Source: a virus
Taxonomy: Duplodnaviria; Caudoviricetes
DNA length: 64,000 nucleotides
IMG/VR virus record: IMGVR_UViG_3300010356_002264
Strand: one strand, 5' to 3'
The notes under the pieces: model-generated
Database searches by the model: none
What the model was told of the DNA's origin: nothing
The model's input: the letters and a program-made list of their open reading frames with translations, nothing else
Part shown: positions 34,901-44,300 of the stretch, piece after piece
How positions within the stretch are numbered: position 1 is the first letter of the stretch
Layout: each line of letters starts with the position of its first letter
Made by a program: the position numbers and the translations under genes

Positions 34901-37900
34901 TCGGCTCCGCCGCTGGTGTTGTCGCGCCCCCCTCCGATCACCATGAAGGTCGGATCGGTCGGGTCAGCACCGTCGAGGAACAGGTGGTTGATCCCTGACA
35001 GGAACGGTCCGCGACCCGCCTGAACATCCCGGTAGTAGGGGATGTCCAGACGGCCGAAGCGCGGCGTGATCTCCGGGGGAATAGGCACCCCACTGCGCTT
35101 GCCCGAGGTCGGCGTGCCCGTCCACAGCTGGAGCCCGTCCTTGGGGACCCCGTTGGGGTACGCGTAGGGCCCGAGGAGGCAGGTTCCTGCCGGCAGCACG
35201 TCGTCGTAGGAGACCGCGTGCATGGTGAGCTCGCGCCGCCGCATGGGTCGGAACACGATCGTCTTGGACCCCAGGTCCACCAGGAGCTGCCCCTCTCGCT
35301 CGACCTCTGTCCCGCCGGCCATCGCCCCCCCGTAGGCTGGTGCGACGGGGGCAGGGAGGCCCAGGGAGGAGAGGTTGTTCCACGTCTGCACGTGGGAGAA
35401 CCGGAACGGGACCTCACCGGCAGGCACCCCAGCTTCCGCCGAGAACGCGCGGTCGATCTCCGCTGGGTCCTGCTGGAGGTAACCCCCCTGGTCCCGCCCG
35501 CCGCCGGAGCGCAGCGCGAACCGCACGAGCCGGTCGGCAACCCGCGCGGTTCCACCGCGGCCCGGGTGGTAGAGCAGCGTGAGGTCCACGAGCAGCTTGC
35601 GCGCGACGGCTACCCGACCGAGCGTCACGTCCACCTGTGGGGCCTCACTCTTGAGGAGGGCGGCCGACCACCGGTGGTCAGTAGCCATCCCACCGAGGTC
35701 CGTGAACACGAGGGCCGCGTCCCCGATGCGCGCCGAGTAATCCCCCATGTCGTCGCTGTTGCACTCCTGACTACGCACCTCCACCGTGAGGGTGTTCTTG
35801 GTCCCCGAGTCGAAGCCGGCCGCAGCGAAGTCGGTCGATAGCGGTTCCACCACGACGCTCGTCGCGTTGGACGCGGAAACGAGCGTGAGCCCTACCGTCC
35901 CAACCCCCACCACGCGGAACGCCCCGTTGTTCTGGAGGCTATCTGAGTCACCGAACCCGATGAGGTAGACCTCGGAGGATGACCCCGTCCTGTCCCGCCC
36001 GCCGGCCGTGAGCATGTCGAGGAGCGTTCGTCGACCCCTCGCGAGGGGCCTGGAGACGTGCTCGGGGATGTTCTCGATGCCCCCTACCGCGTCCGTCGAG
36101 TAGTAGACTCCGTCTACGTCGAAGTTGATCCCGAGGTCTATCTCGTGCCTTCCGGCCTTGCTGCGAAACCCGCTCGCGGGTACCGACACGCGCAGGGACG
36201 GGTGCAGAAGTCCCCCGAGGAAGAGGTAGGGGCGCTCGAACCCGCTGCGCCGTGATGGGGCCATGGGACCAGGGTGCAACGGGTCGCGCACCGTGCCCGT
36301 GGGTGGGGACTCGTAGGTGCGCATCCCCAGGAACCGCGCCCATACAGGTTCCTGGTTGCCCACCTCCTTGGGATCGTCGTCGCTGCGCCACGCCTCGCGC
36401 GGGGATACGAACCGAACCGCGCGGGTCCCCGCGTCACGGAAGGTCCCGCGAGCTCCCTCGCTCCCGTTCTCCCCGCCCAGGTGGATAAACACCATCGACC
36501 CGTTGGTGAACGCCTTGATCCCGGACCGAGCGACGTTGAGGAACCCCGTAGGCTTGAAGTCCGCCCCAAGGTCCCACCTGGTCGTGGTGTCGAACTGGTC
36601 TGCCGTCGACAGACCCACCCCGTTCTGGTTCGTCGTGGCCTCGTTGTCGAGGAGCATCGTGACGAATGGCTGCGGAGAGGCCGCGTCACTCCAGACGGTG
36701 CGAATGCCGTCAGGCCCGTCGAGCGCCTCCGTCTGGTTGGGGACCGCAACGAGGATGTCCGACTGGAGGTAGGACACCTCGTGGACCACCGCGCCCTCGA
36801 CGTCGCCCGGGGCGCACCGCTTCCAGGTGCTTCGCAGGGTTCCGTTGATGAGCGAAGCGACGGCGCTTTCGAGCAGCCGCCCGTAGTCCCAGTCCGCTCG
36901 CGCGACCGCATGGCGAAGGTCGAGGACGTCCTCCGCGCGCACCTGGTCCGCGTAGACCCCGTCGGGACGTCCATCAAACAGCTTCACGACCGCGCCCGCC
37001 AGGTGTCCCGAGTCGGCGGTCGCCCACCGCCCACGCGCGGTCACCGTCAAGGTGCCTGCCACAGGGTCGGCAGCGGTGACCTCCATGATCTCCTGGTCCA
37101 CCACCACGAAGCGACGCAGCGGGCCTCGGCCCAGATCCTCCAGCCCAGAGCCAGGCAGCCCAGCAACGCGGACGCTGACCGGTGCCATCTTTCCCGCACC
37201 CGCGACCAGCAGGTCTCGCAGCGTCACCACGGACAGGGGCGTGGAGCCCGCGGTGGGGTCGGGAAGCAGGCGAGCTCGTGCGTTGCGGTCCGCCGCCCCG
37301 CCCTGATTGGGGTTGCCCGCGGGAACGACCGCCGCGTACGGGGCCGAGTTACGACGAAACACCGCGCAGATGGGAACCGCGTAGCTGTAGCCATCCACGG
37401 TGCCTAGCTTGTTGCGTGGGTCACCATCTCCCGCGCGCCACAGGCCCGGGTCTCCGGCGTCGGCCTGATTCAGGTAGTAGAACCCCGACACGGGGTCCTG
37501 CGCGGTTCCTTGCCCCGCGATGCTCGGGTCGCCTAGGCCGTCCGGATAGACGTCGAGAGCGACGCCAGCCCCGCGGCCTGATCCGCGCCCATGGACGCGG
37601 ATGCGATACTGCACCTGGACGCGCCGGGTCGACGGCACCCCGTCCACTGGGTGGACGAGGTCATCCGGCAGGTGTGGACCTCCGTGCAGCACGTTCCCGT
37701 AGCGCCACAGGCGATCCGGAGCGGGCTTGGCGAAGCTCGAAGGAGCTCCCTCAAGCAGGGCGAGCCACACCTCCAGGAACACGAAGTCCACGCGCCCGCC
37801 AGACTCCGGGGGAGGATACAGGCGCACGTAGTTCAGCGGGTCTCCCTCCGAGTGGGTGCCCGCGACGGGAATAAACCACCCGTTGACGCACGCCCACAGC

Positions 37901-38187
37901 AGTGACCCCTGCCCGTGAGGCTGACGATCGCGTCCGACCGCGAGGAGGTTGCTCCACTGAGGGTCGAAGACGTAGTCGTAGAACGCGCGCGTCGGGTCGG
38001 AGATGAATCCCGAGGGCAGGGTGGCCTGCGACGCCATCCTGTGACGCTCCGCGTCCGCCTCGGACAGGAGTGCCAGGTCGCAGTCGAACAGGGGGGCTCC
38101 GTCGATGAACGGCACCGCGTCGAACTGGCGATCGGTGGGGGACAGAACGCGCGTGACGCCAGGTCCGTAGCTCAGCTTCTCGCTCAT
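31981..38187 (-). CDS. very large putative virion (baseplate/tail) protein, 2068 aa
   Basis: N-terminal blocks (RVDFVFLEVW, RVQVQYRIR, GLWRAGDG, LGTVDG..YAVPICAVFRRN) shared with 51907..55446; structural-gene context. Confidence 0.65.
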   Translation of the reverse strand: MSEKLSYGPGVTRVLSPTDRQFDAVPFIDGAPLFDCDLALLSEADAERHRMASQATLPSGFISDPTRAFYDYVFDPQWSNLLAVGRDRQPHGQGSLLWACVNGWFIPVAGTHSEGDPLNYVRLYPPPESGGRVDFVFLEVWLALLEGAPSSFAKPAPDRLWRYGNVLHGGPHLPDDLVHPVDGVPSTRRVQVQYRIRVHGRGSGRGAGVALDVYPDGLGDPSIAGQGTAQDPVSGFYYLNQADAGDPGLWRAGDGDPRNKLGTVDGYSYAVPICAVFRRNSAPYAAVVPAGNPNQGGAADRNARARLLPDPTAGSTPLSVVTLRDLLVAGAGKMAPVSVRVAGLPGSGLEDLGRGPLRRFVVVDQEIMEVTAADPVAGTLTVTARGRWATADSGHLAGAVVKLFDGRPDGVYADQVRAEDVLDLRHAVARADWDYGRLLESAVASLINGTLRSTWKRCAPGDVEGAVVHEVSYLQSDILVAVPNQTEALDGPDGIRTVWSDAASPQPFVTMLLDNEATTNQNGVGLSTADQFDTTTRWDLGADFKPTGFLNVARSGIKAFTNGSMVFIHLGGENGSEGARGTFRDAGTRAVRFVSPREAWRSDDDPKEVGNQEPVWARFLGMRTYESPPTGTVRDPLHPGPMAPSRRSGFERPYLFLGGLLHPSLRVSVPASGFRSKAGRHEIDLGINFDVDGVYYSTDAVGGIENIPEHVSRPLARGRRTLLDMLTAGGRDRTGSSSEVYLIGFGDSDSLQNNGAFRVVGVGTVGLTLVSASNATSVVVEPLSTDFAAAGFDSGTKNTLTVEVRSQECNSDDMGDYSARIGDAALVFTDLGGMATDHRWSAALLKSEAPQVDVTLGRVAVARKLLVDLTLLYHPGRGGTARVADRLVRFALRSGGGRDQGGYLQQDPAEIDRAFSAEAGVPAGEVPFRFSHVQTWNNLSSLGLPAPVAPAYGGAMAGGTEVEREGQLLVDLGSKTIVFRPMRRRELTMHAVSYDDVLPAGTCLLGPYAYPNGVPKDGLQLWTGTPTSGKRSGVPIPPEITPRFGRLDIPYYRDVQAGRGPFLSGINHLFLDGADPTDPTFMVIGGGRDNTSGGAEATLMHFSTGGPTTYGTSATILGVINPLPNVAARKTTRIDPNVKFAKDILAALRAVGSSDAGRGLRGIQLPPYYGVCRLLGVYERNDFIGKGGRTFRRDRVRVEDDPATNLLREDAQVQTLFLFRDGAKDLTQETGDHTYIIPEGTLDLTRIPGWVPGRGFDDFDYVVVATIFGFARGFVSQNSLVLLRAHDGAGRAQVDTQPQEIEGIKTVIPCPAGEGDHLYAAFDRTPYQGDPYGTRGVTSRVTGDYEHRLGEIPPQLQREAHKPIQQQDEFGNPIPEVPNARAFQVLAALDFYTTLGTGKIGGRVWPGTLTDAGHTEATPEAADRYPPDPARGWRIEPSTFTLRQSRSSSRATALIDVLDNNALEAACQSGWCYAILFHGPGVVGPVGLFLTTTEFAPSIRIRLFAAPTDLVIIDQAGRTEQAQQVVDKLNFGTLGPAVGALSSPEVAVDASQMPALLELPPTRVPVAVAATLTNFTPPPYGGVVLTGRRDKQKVYLQAHYLASAQALLTYPTGNVRTFPVGFAAVAPGAFDEKEVTWFGASPAKKSVCVVAAVAPLAPGLLVSGYVTAAGTVRLRLTNLTAAPVTLPAQNFVVALLEEPDVVTWQVNLSVASALVSLSWERGDRTLTAQALSAAISAHPRAHLIARATWGGGSSVRLEAEEVGAAGNATFVEATLLRVETLTSDEPFGMPDKVLGIRSPRPAWAPDRWTSTGAPFRGAEDEPSDAGSGVTQVSLGGITERLPLGLLVQDSDFLGESPLRDDSSSLRGGRAGLGSVQRLLPLADGGLEYDRSLGAPGELFGMGDGSILQYTPYSTDVPTGSRRFRLYRGGGSLFVLHGVRPGGPVEWSSGSWPPALRPVLKGAVLVSRAFLVRAFREEAFNPSPYVTTYGDEIQMIVATYAVFGDGSTTQVGVKLGGQISPSGYGEGFAAADRFRLPAHPLYRGGHDRAPLRLPSGVRLAPLSQDDRFR

Positions 38188-38235
38188 GGGGCCAATGTAC
38201 CTCTGTCATGAGCCGCCTGATTGAGCGATCTGGAG

Positions 38236-39483
38236 TTATAGGGTCGCGACGAGACGTGGGATCTCGTCCGGATCCTTGCGGCTGCGTGACAGCACGCTCT
38301 GCCAGTCGGAGGCGGTCATCTCGCGGTGCTCGGCTGCGATTCCGCGCACGACCTCGGCGACGTCCTCCCGGCCCGGAAAGAAGCGGAGAGCCATATCTCC
38401 CGCACGCTCTGGCGACATGGGCCCGAACTTCCATCGACGGTCCACGCGGTTCCTGCGCACCAGGGCGGCGTCGAGGTTCTCCGGGTGGTTCGTGGTGAGC
38501 ACGAGAAGGCGGCCGTCCGCGGACGCGACCCCGTCGATCGCGTTGAGCAGCCCGGAGAGCGTGATGCCTTTGGACTCCTTGGACTCCGGCACGCTAGGGT
38601 CCGCCGTGGGCCCGGAGGACTCGGTCCGCTCGTTAGTGATGCGAACTGCGTCAATGTCCTCGATGATGAGGATGGACGCCGGGTCGGCGGTCGTGAATGC
38701 TGCGAGCAGCGTGTTGTCGTCGGTGACAGTGGCCAGGTTTAGGATGAAGATGGGGCGATCAAACTTGCACGCGATGGCCATCGCGAGGGTGGTCTTGCCG
38801 GTGCCGGGCGGCCCCTCAAAGAGCCAACCAAGGCGGTAGGGGATGCCGAGCGACTGGTGCCAGGGGCCCGCACCGAAGAACCACTTGGCGTCAGCGAGGA
38901 CCTCCTCCAGCATCCCGTCTTCGAGGAAGACCGACTCCAGCGGGCGCTTCGCTTTTCGGGCGAGCGGCTGCCACCAGCCCCCCTGCCAGAGCCGCACCTC
39001 CATCTTGTCCCGCTTCTGTCGCAGGCGGTTCGCCTTGTCGATGGTGGCCCGCAGACGCTCCTGGGAGCGCCCTAACGACGTGAGGATGAACTGCTCCCGG
39101 GGACGTCCGAGCACGTTCGCAGACCCCGGCTTGTCGACGGGCTGACGATCCACGAGGATCGGCGTCCCCTCCTCCCACAGCAGGTGCCGACCAAAGCCCG
39201 GCGCGAGCACCCAGTCCGACTGGACGGACCGGCTCGTGATCTTCAGCTTGCGCGCCGTCCGGGTGTACTTGTGGCGGGCGAGCCAGTCGTTGATCCAGTC
39301 GAACACCTCGTCGTCGCTCGACACCACGACCTCGACGGTGATGGCGTCCATGAGGAGGCCGAGGAGGAACCGCGGTACCGCCTTGAAGAGCCACAGGAGG
39401 CTGCCGGTGATCATCGCGCCGACAAGCGCGACCAGGATGGGGTTCTCGGCGTACTGGGTCTGGACGAACTGGATGGGGTGCAT
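38236..39483 (-). CDS. BCS1-like membrane-anchored AAA+ ATPase
   Basis: N-terminal TM; DEVFDWINDWL, PGFGRH, KRPLESVFL, GIPYRLGWLFEGPPGTGKT, IIEDIDA, ITLSGLLNAIDG, TTNH..LDAALVR..RVD. Confidence 0.92.
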   Translation of the reverse strand: MHPIQFVQTQYAENPILVALVGAMITGSLLWLFKAVPRFLLGLLMDAITVEVVVSSDDEVFDWINDWLARHKYTRTARKLKITSRSVQSDWVLAPGFGRHLLWEEGTPILVDRQPVDKPGSANVLGRPREQFILTSLGRSQERLRATIDKANRLRQKRDKMEVRLWQGGWWQPLARKAKRPLESVFLEDGMLEEVLADAKWFFGAGPWHQSLGIPYRLGWLFEGPPGTGKTTLAMAIACKFDRPIFILNLATVTDDNTLLAAFTTADPASILIIEDIDAVRITNERTESSGPTADPSVPESKESKGITLSGLLNAIDGVASADGRLLVLTTNHPENLDAALVRRNRVDRRWKFGPMSPERAGDMALRFFPGREDVAEVVRGIAAEHREMTASDWQSVLSRSRKDPDEIPRLVATL

Positions 39484-39530
39484 GTCCTCGCAGATACCCT
39501 ACGACCGGGAGTCTGCGACTGGGACCCGAC

Positions 39531-39746
39531 TCACTCGCGGTCGTACCCGCAGGTCTTGCAGACGTAACCGTCCGTGGGATACACGTGGCGGCACCGTTGC
39601 TGAAGGAGATTGATCACCTCGATACGGTCGTCGATCTCGCGCCTGCGCGCCCGGACCTCTGCTCGGAGCTGGTCGCAGGCCGCCTTGATTCCTGCGGGGT
39701 CGTTGGGGAGGCTGGGGACGAGGTTTGGTGGCGGGAGGTTGCTCAT
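39531..39746 (-). CDS. small coiled-coil/Zn-ribbon protein
   Basis: CRH...CKTCG; CAGCTC 38 nt upstream. Confidence 0.65.
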   Translation of the reverse strand: MSNLPPPNLVPSLPNDPAGIKAACDQLRAEVRARRREIDDRIEVINLLQQRCRHVYPTDGYVCKTCGYDRE

Positions 39747-39786
39747 GTTCTTGTAGGAAACGTGTCGTCGACGGACAGGAGCTGTC

Positions 39787-40578
39787 CTAGAACAGGATCG
39801 CGTAGTGCAGGAGGTAGACGCGCTGGGCGGAGTCGTTGCGGAAGGCAAGCGTGATGCTCTTGGCGGGCGCGCAGAGCACCACGGGGTCGAGGAGCTTGGT
39901 GCGACAGAAGGACTTCCCGCTCCCCGAGGCGACGAGCACGTGGAACCCCTCGACCGCACCGGGCTCGACGTGGTAGCGCCGACTCGCGTTGACCTTCCCT
40001 GCGAGCGCCCCGAAATCAGAGTTCCAGTCGTGGGTGCGCTCGACGAGTCCGAGCCGCCAGTAGACGCGCACCCACGAGACCCCGTCCTTGCGACACTCCC
40101 CGAGGTACGGGGTGAGGTCGATGGGCTTGGTGACGAGCAGGCCGGGCAGCGGGGGGGTATCGACAAGGCTCGCGGGAAGAACTGAGACGAGCCCCGGCGC
40201 GCCCCCGCCCTGTGGGCCCGTGCCGCGCCCAGCACAGAACCGCGCTGGAAGGCTGCGGGCCACCTTGGACACGTCGTCCGGGATGCTCCCGTCGAAGTCC
40301 AGCTGGTCGATGTCCCCCGGCGTGAGGAAGGGGTTGACGACGGCCGTTCCTGCCCCAACACGTTGTGCCAGGCGACCAAACGACGAGCTCACCACGTCGA
40401 GTCCGTCGCGGGGGGCCATGTGGGGGGCCACCCACCGGAGGTCCCCCGCCTGCGGAGGTGTGGGGAAGAGGAACTTCCCCGACACGTCAACTCGGTCCCC
40501 CGGATCGAGGTCGGGGCCGACGCGCACCACGTGCGCGGAACCAGTGAGGAAGGGTCCGAGGTTGCTCTCGACGATCAT
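39787..40578 (-). CDS. hypothetical protein, possibly virion-associated
   Basis: 263 aa; CAGTATGAT element upstream of a leaderless ATG. Confidence 0.6.
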   Translation of the reverse strand: MIVESNLGPFLTGSAHVVRVGPDLDPGDRVDVSGKFLFPTPPQAGDLRWVAPHMAPRDGLDVVSSSFGRLAQRVGAGTAVVNPFLTPGDIDQLDFDGSIPDDVSKVARSLPARFCAGRGTGPQGGGAPGLVSVLPASLVDTPPLPGLLVTKPIDLTPYLGECRKDGVSWVRVYWRLGLVERTHDWNSDFGALAGKVNASRRYHVEPGAVEGFHVLVASGSGKSFCRTKLLDPVVLCAPAKSITLAFRNDSAQRVYLLHYAILF

Positions 40579-40599
40579 GCCCCCATCATACTGCGCCAG

Positions 40600-41190
40600 C
40601 TACTCGGGGCTTAGGTCTTTAGTCACGACCTCCACGATGAACTTCCAGCCCGTATACTCAAAACGGGAGACAGAAAGGCCGTCGAGGTATGCGTTGGCGA
40701 TGTCAAACATGACCTTCGCTGCACCGGGACATGCCGCGATCTTGTCCCACGGGAGTGATCGTAGCCGCGCGGTCAGTCGGTCGACCTCCTTGAGCTTGGA
40801 CACTTCAACGGATGCGGTGCTGAGGTCTTGACGCACGACCACTCCCTCGGGACGTTTTCTCTCTAGGAGGGTCAAAAAGAGGGTCTCGTGAATCCCGAGC
40901 GGGATCACCTGGCTGCGCAGGACCAGCACGCGACGCATACCGTCCGGCATGACGGAGTCCTTCATGGCCGGCTCGTCGACGTGGAAGCTCTGAGCACGCC
41001 ACGGTCCCTGGCCGCTCTTGTTGGTCCGGTAGACGCGACCCCCAACGAACCCATCCTGGGTCCGTTGGAGGGACAGCGCCTGGTGCGCTTCCTCCTCACT
41101 CTTGTGGTCCCCAAGGACCTGGAGGAGCCAGAGGCTTCCAGGGGGGCGCGGGGGATCCAGCGTGGGGAACGCGGGGTTTGCTGGGCTCAT
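40600..41190 (-). CDS. hypothetical protein
   Basis: CAGCTC-N18-CGAC (41226) exactly 36 nt upstream. Confidence 0.65.
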   Translation of the reverse strand: MSPANPAFPTLDPPRPPGSLWLLQVLGDHKSEEEAHQALSLQRTQDGFVGGRVYRTNKSGQGPWRAQSFHVDEPAMKDSVMPDGMRRVLVLRSQVIPLGIHETLFLTLLERKRPEGVVVRQDLSTASVEVSKLKEVDRLTARLRSLPWDKIAACPGAAKVMFDIANAYLDGLSVSRFEYTGWKFIVEVVTKDLSPE

Positions 41191-41227
41191 GCTATGGGGT
41201 CGGGGATCCGCATCCGACCGGAGCTGA

Positions 41228-41389
41228 CTACAGGGTGTTGAGCCAGGCTGTACCCTCGAAGAACACCTCGTCGTAGCGGGGTGGCGTGTAGGCGGGTGCG
41301 AGGCGGTCGCGCTCCGCACGCTTCTCCCGCAGGCGCTCCTGGATGCGCGCGCGAAGTGCCTCGGCCTGTTCCTCTCTGGTGTTGCTCAT
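41228..41389 (-). CDS. 53-aa protein missing from the ORF track (MSNTREEQAEALRARIQERL...)
   Basis: TGATG overlap with the stop of the 1735-aa gene; fills the gap up to the next promoter. Confidence 0.6.
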   Translation of the reverse strand: MSNTREEQAEALRARIQERLREKRAERDRLAPAYTPPRYDEVFFEGTAWLNTL

Positions 41390-44300
41390 CAGGTCCCCAC
41401 GTTGTTCCGGCGTCCCTGCCCGTCGGGTGCTGCGCCGAAGATGAGGGTCGCGCGGTTACCAGACACCATGCTCTTCTGGGGCGGCGTCGGGTCGGGGTCC
41501 CCGCCGCCGTCGGCGGCGATGTTGCGGGCGTGGTTTCCCACCACGATGAAGCTCGCGGGAGTGTCCCTGGGGAGCAGGATGTCCGCGCCGCGCGTGGCGT
41601 TCCCGACCAGGATGATGAGGTTGGACTTGGCCGTGAGGCCGCCCGAGACGACAGAGTTGCCCGTGAAGATGGACTGGTGAGCCGCGTTCGCGAGGATCGC
41701 TCCGGACGAGTTGCCCGTCATGACCGTCCCCACGTGCCCGTCCGCAAGTACGGACGCCAGGTGGTTACCCGCGATGATCGACCTTGAACCGGTCGCGGAG
41801 AGCTTGAGCTGCCCCTGCGCGCGGTTGCCCGACAGGACGAGTGTACCTCCGTCGACCGTAACGGTCCCGGCCACGTCCGACCCAGCCAGGATGCCAAAGG
41901 CACTCAAGAACTCTACGCTCCCGTGGCGGCCTCCCGTCACGACGCAGTCTGCATCTACCAGGAGCGGACCCGTCACGTTGGCCGAGACGACGGATCGAGG
42001 TGCGCGCACCGTCATCAAGGAGGCCCAGTTGCCGTTGACGAGGGCCTCCTCGGTCGTCCCCCCCACCACGACGCCGAGACCAATACCGAACAGGGCCCGG
42101 TTGTTCCTGACCATGGCCTGCTGGCCCGTCACGACGATCGAGAGGGCCGTGCCGGAGGTCGTCTCGAACGAGGTCAGGTGGTTCCCGTCCACCTCACACT
42201 GGTCTCCGTCGAGCCATATGCCCCCCTCGCCCGTGAACCGGTTGCCTCGCAGGATGTTTCCGACCCCGCGACCACCAGACCTCCTGACGAGGAGGTTCCC
42301 TTGGTGGTTGATGGTGCAAGACTCGACGAGGTTGTTCGACCCTTCAAGGGTGAGCCCCTTGATCAGAGTGCAGCCCCTGAAAGCCCCGTTGTCTCCGACC
42401 GCGCTCACGTTCTTGCGGAACAAGCAGCTGGCGAACTCCGGGAGGGTTCCGTCGCGTAGCAGCACGTCCGTGAAGTCGCAGTGGGAGAACCGGATGAGGA
42501 GTCCCGAGGTGATGAGGTCGAGGAATGCAGAATCGGACACGACACAGTTGTCCGTAACGAGGCTGACCCCACCAGGGACCTGCACGAAGCCCTTGATCAC
42601 GCAGCGGCTGGCCGCCTCCAGGGCGGAGGACCTGCTGTCCGTCAGCGTCGTCTCGAGCTCTAAGCGGATCACACCGCTCGCGATGATCCGGTCCCCGTAG
42701 TTCTGGCGCCCGAGCTGCACGTCGGCGTTCGTCGTGAAGTCGACGACCCGCGAGAGCGGGGAGTCCACGCGCAGGCCGGTGACTCCAGGCGCGACGGCGG
42801 CCACGTCAACACGACACCCGCTCACCACGGGCATCTCGCCATTACGCACGTGGAAGCCCGTGCGGGGGATGATCATCGGGTCGAAGGCGAGCTCGCGTCC
42901 CGTGCAGCGGTCGAACGTAACGCCAGCTCCTGCGGTTGTCCCGATGACGAACCCAGCCCCCCTTGACCCCAGGGCGGCACACTCGGAGAAGTTATCGCGC
43001 GTACCGTCGGTGTAGTAGCAGTGTAGGAACCCCGACACCGTGCAAGCTCGCACGACGTTACCCAGGCCAAGGTCGCCGGTGATTCCAAGCGAGATCCCGG
43101 CCTGACGAGGGATCGCCGTCTGGGCGGGAGCCTCCTGGCGGAACGTGCAGGCGTCGACGTTGCACCCGTTCGACCGGTCAATCATGACCCCGAAGTCGGT
43201 GACGCGGTTGGCCGCGCAGCGACGTATGGTTGAGTTCGTGAGGGTGACGGGAGGTCGAAGGAGAAGCATCCCGTGCGCGAGGTTGGCTCCCTCCATGTTG
43301 ATGCCGTCCAGGACAAGCCGGTCGATGAGGTTTCCTGGTCCCGAGTGGACGAAGGCCACCCGGTTAGGGTTGGGGTTGAGGCCCTGCCCTCGGTCCAGGT
43401 AGTGGATGCGCAGGTTGCGGAACTCACACCCGTTGCGCCCCTGGATGTCGAACAGCGCCTCGTCGGGGTGGTCCCAACTTACGCCGCTCAGGTCCGTCCG
43501 GTTGAAGTCCGCTGACACCACACCCTCGACAAGGATACCGTCGCAGGGCAGTCGAACAGGGACCAACGGTGCCCGCTCTTCCGTCAACCCCACCACGAGG
43601 ATCCGAACCTGGTAGCCGGACAACCCCGCCTCAGGGTTGACGAGCTCCCCCACGTACCCCATCGCCTCTGCCACCGTGGAGAAGTGCGGCTCGGGGATGC
43701 CGTACGGCATCAGGTCAGGCCGGCGGCCCACGATGACGTCGAGCCGGTAGTCCACCTCGCGCAGTGGGTACCGCAGGTCGAGCAGCTCCGTGATGCCGCC
43801 ACCAGCAGCGTGCACACGACCCACGAGGATGTCGTCGCGCCCAGGTAGGGGACGAGCTACTGGACTGACGCTGAGGCGTACGTCGCATGGGTCCGTCCCC
43901 ACGAGGTAGACGTACGAGGTCGCATTGTCGGGCACGATGGTCAGGCGACTGCGCACGGGCACGCGTCGACCCCCAATGAGCGCCCAACCGGGGTCGATCG
44001 TGACGACAAGGCCGCCGGCCGCAGTGGGTCGGCATCCCTGGAGGATGTTCGGGGCGAAGAGGTCGTGGAAGAGTGGTGCGGCCTCGTGCGTGCGCGTATC
44101 GACGGAGGTTGTCCCGTCACCGTGCCACGTGACCCGAGCGCCAGGAAATCGAATCCCTTGAGTGCGGGCCGCCCGGCCGTAGGCGAGGTCGTTTCGGTAG
44201 TCGACCTGCGGAACGCCGCCGCTCTTGGAGTAGTGGCGACGCAGGACCGCAGAGGCCGGAGCCATCGCGCTGATGGTCTTGGTGTCGCCCGCAACGCCAC

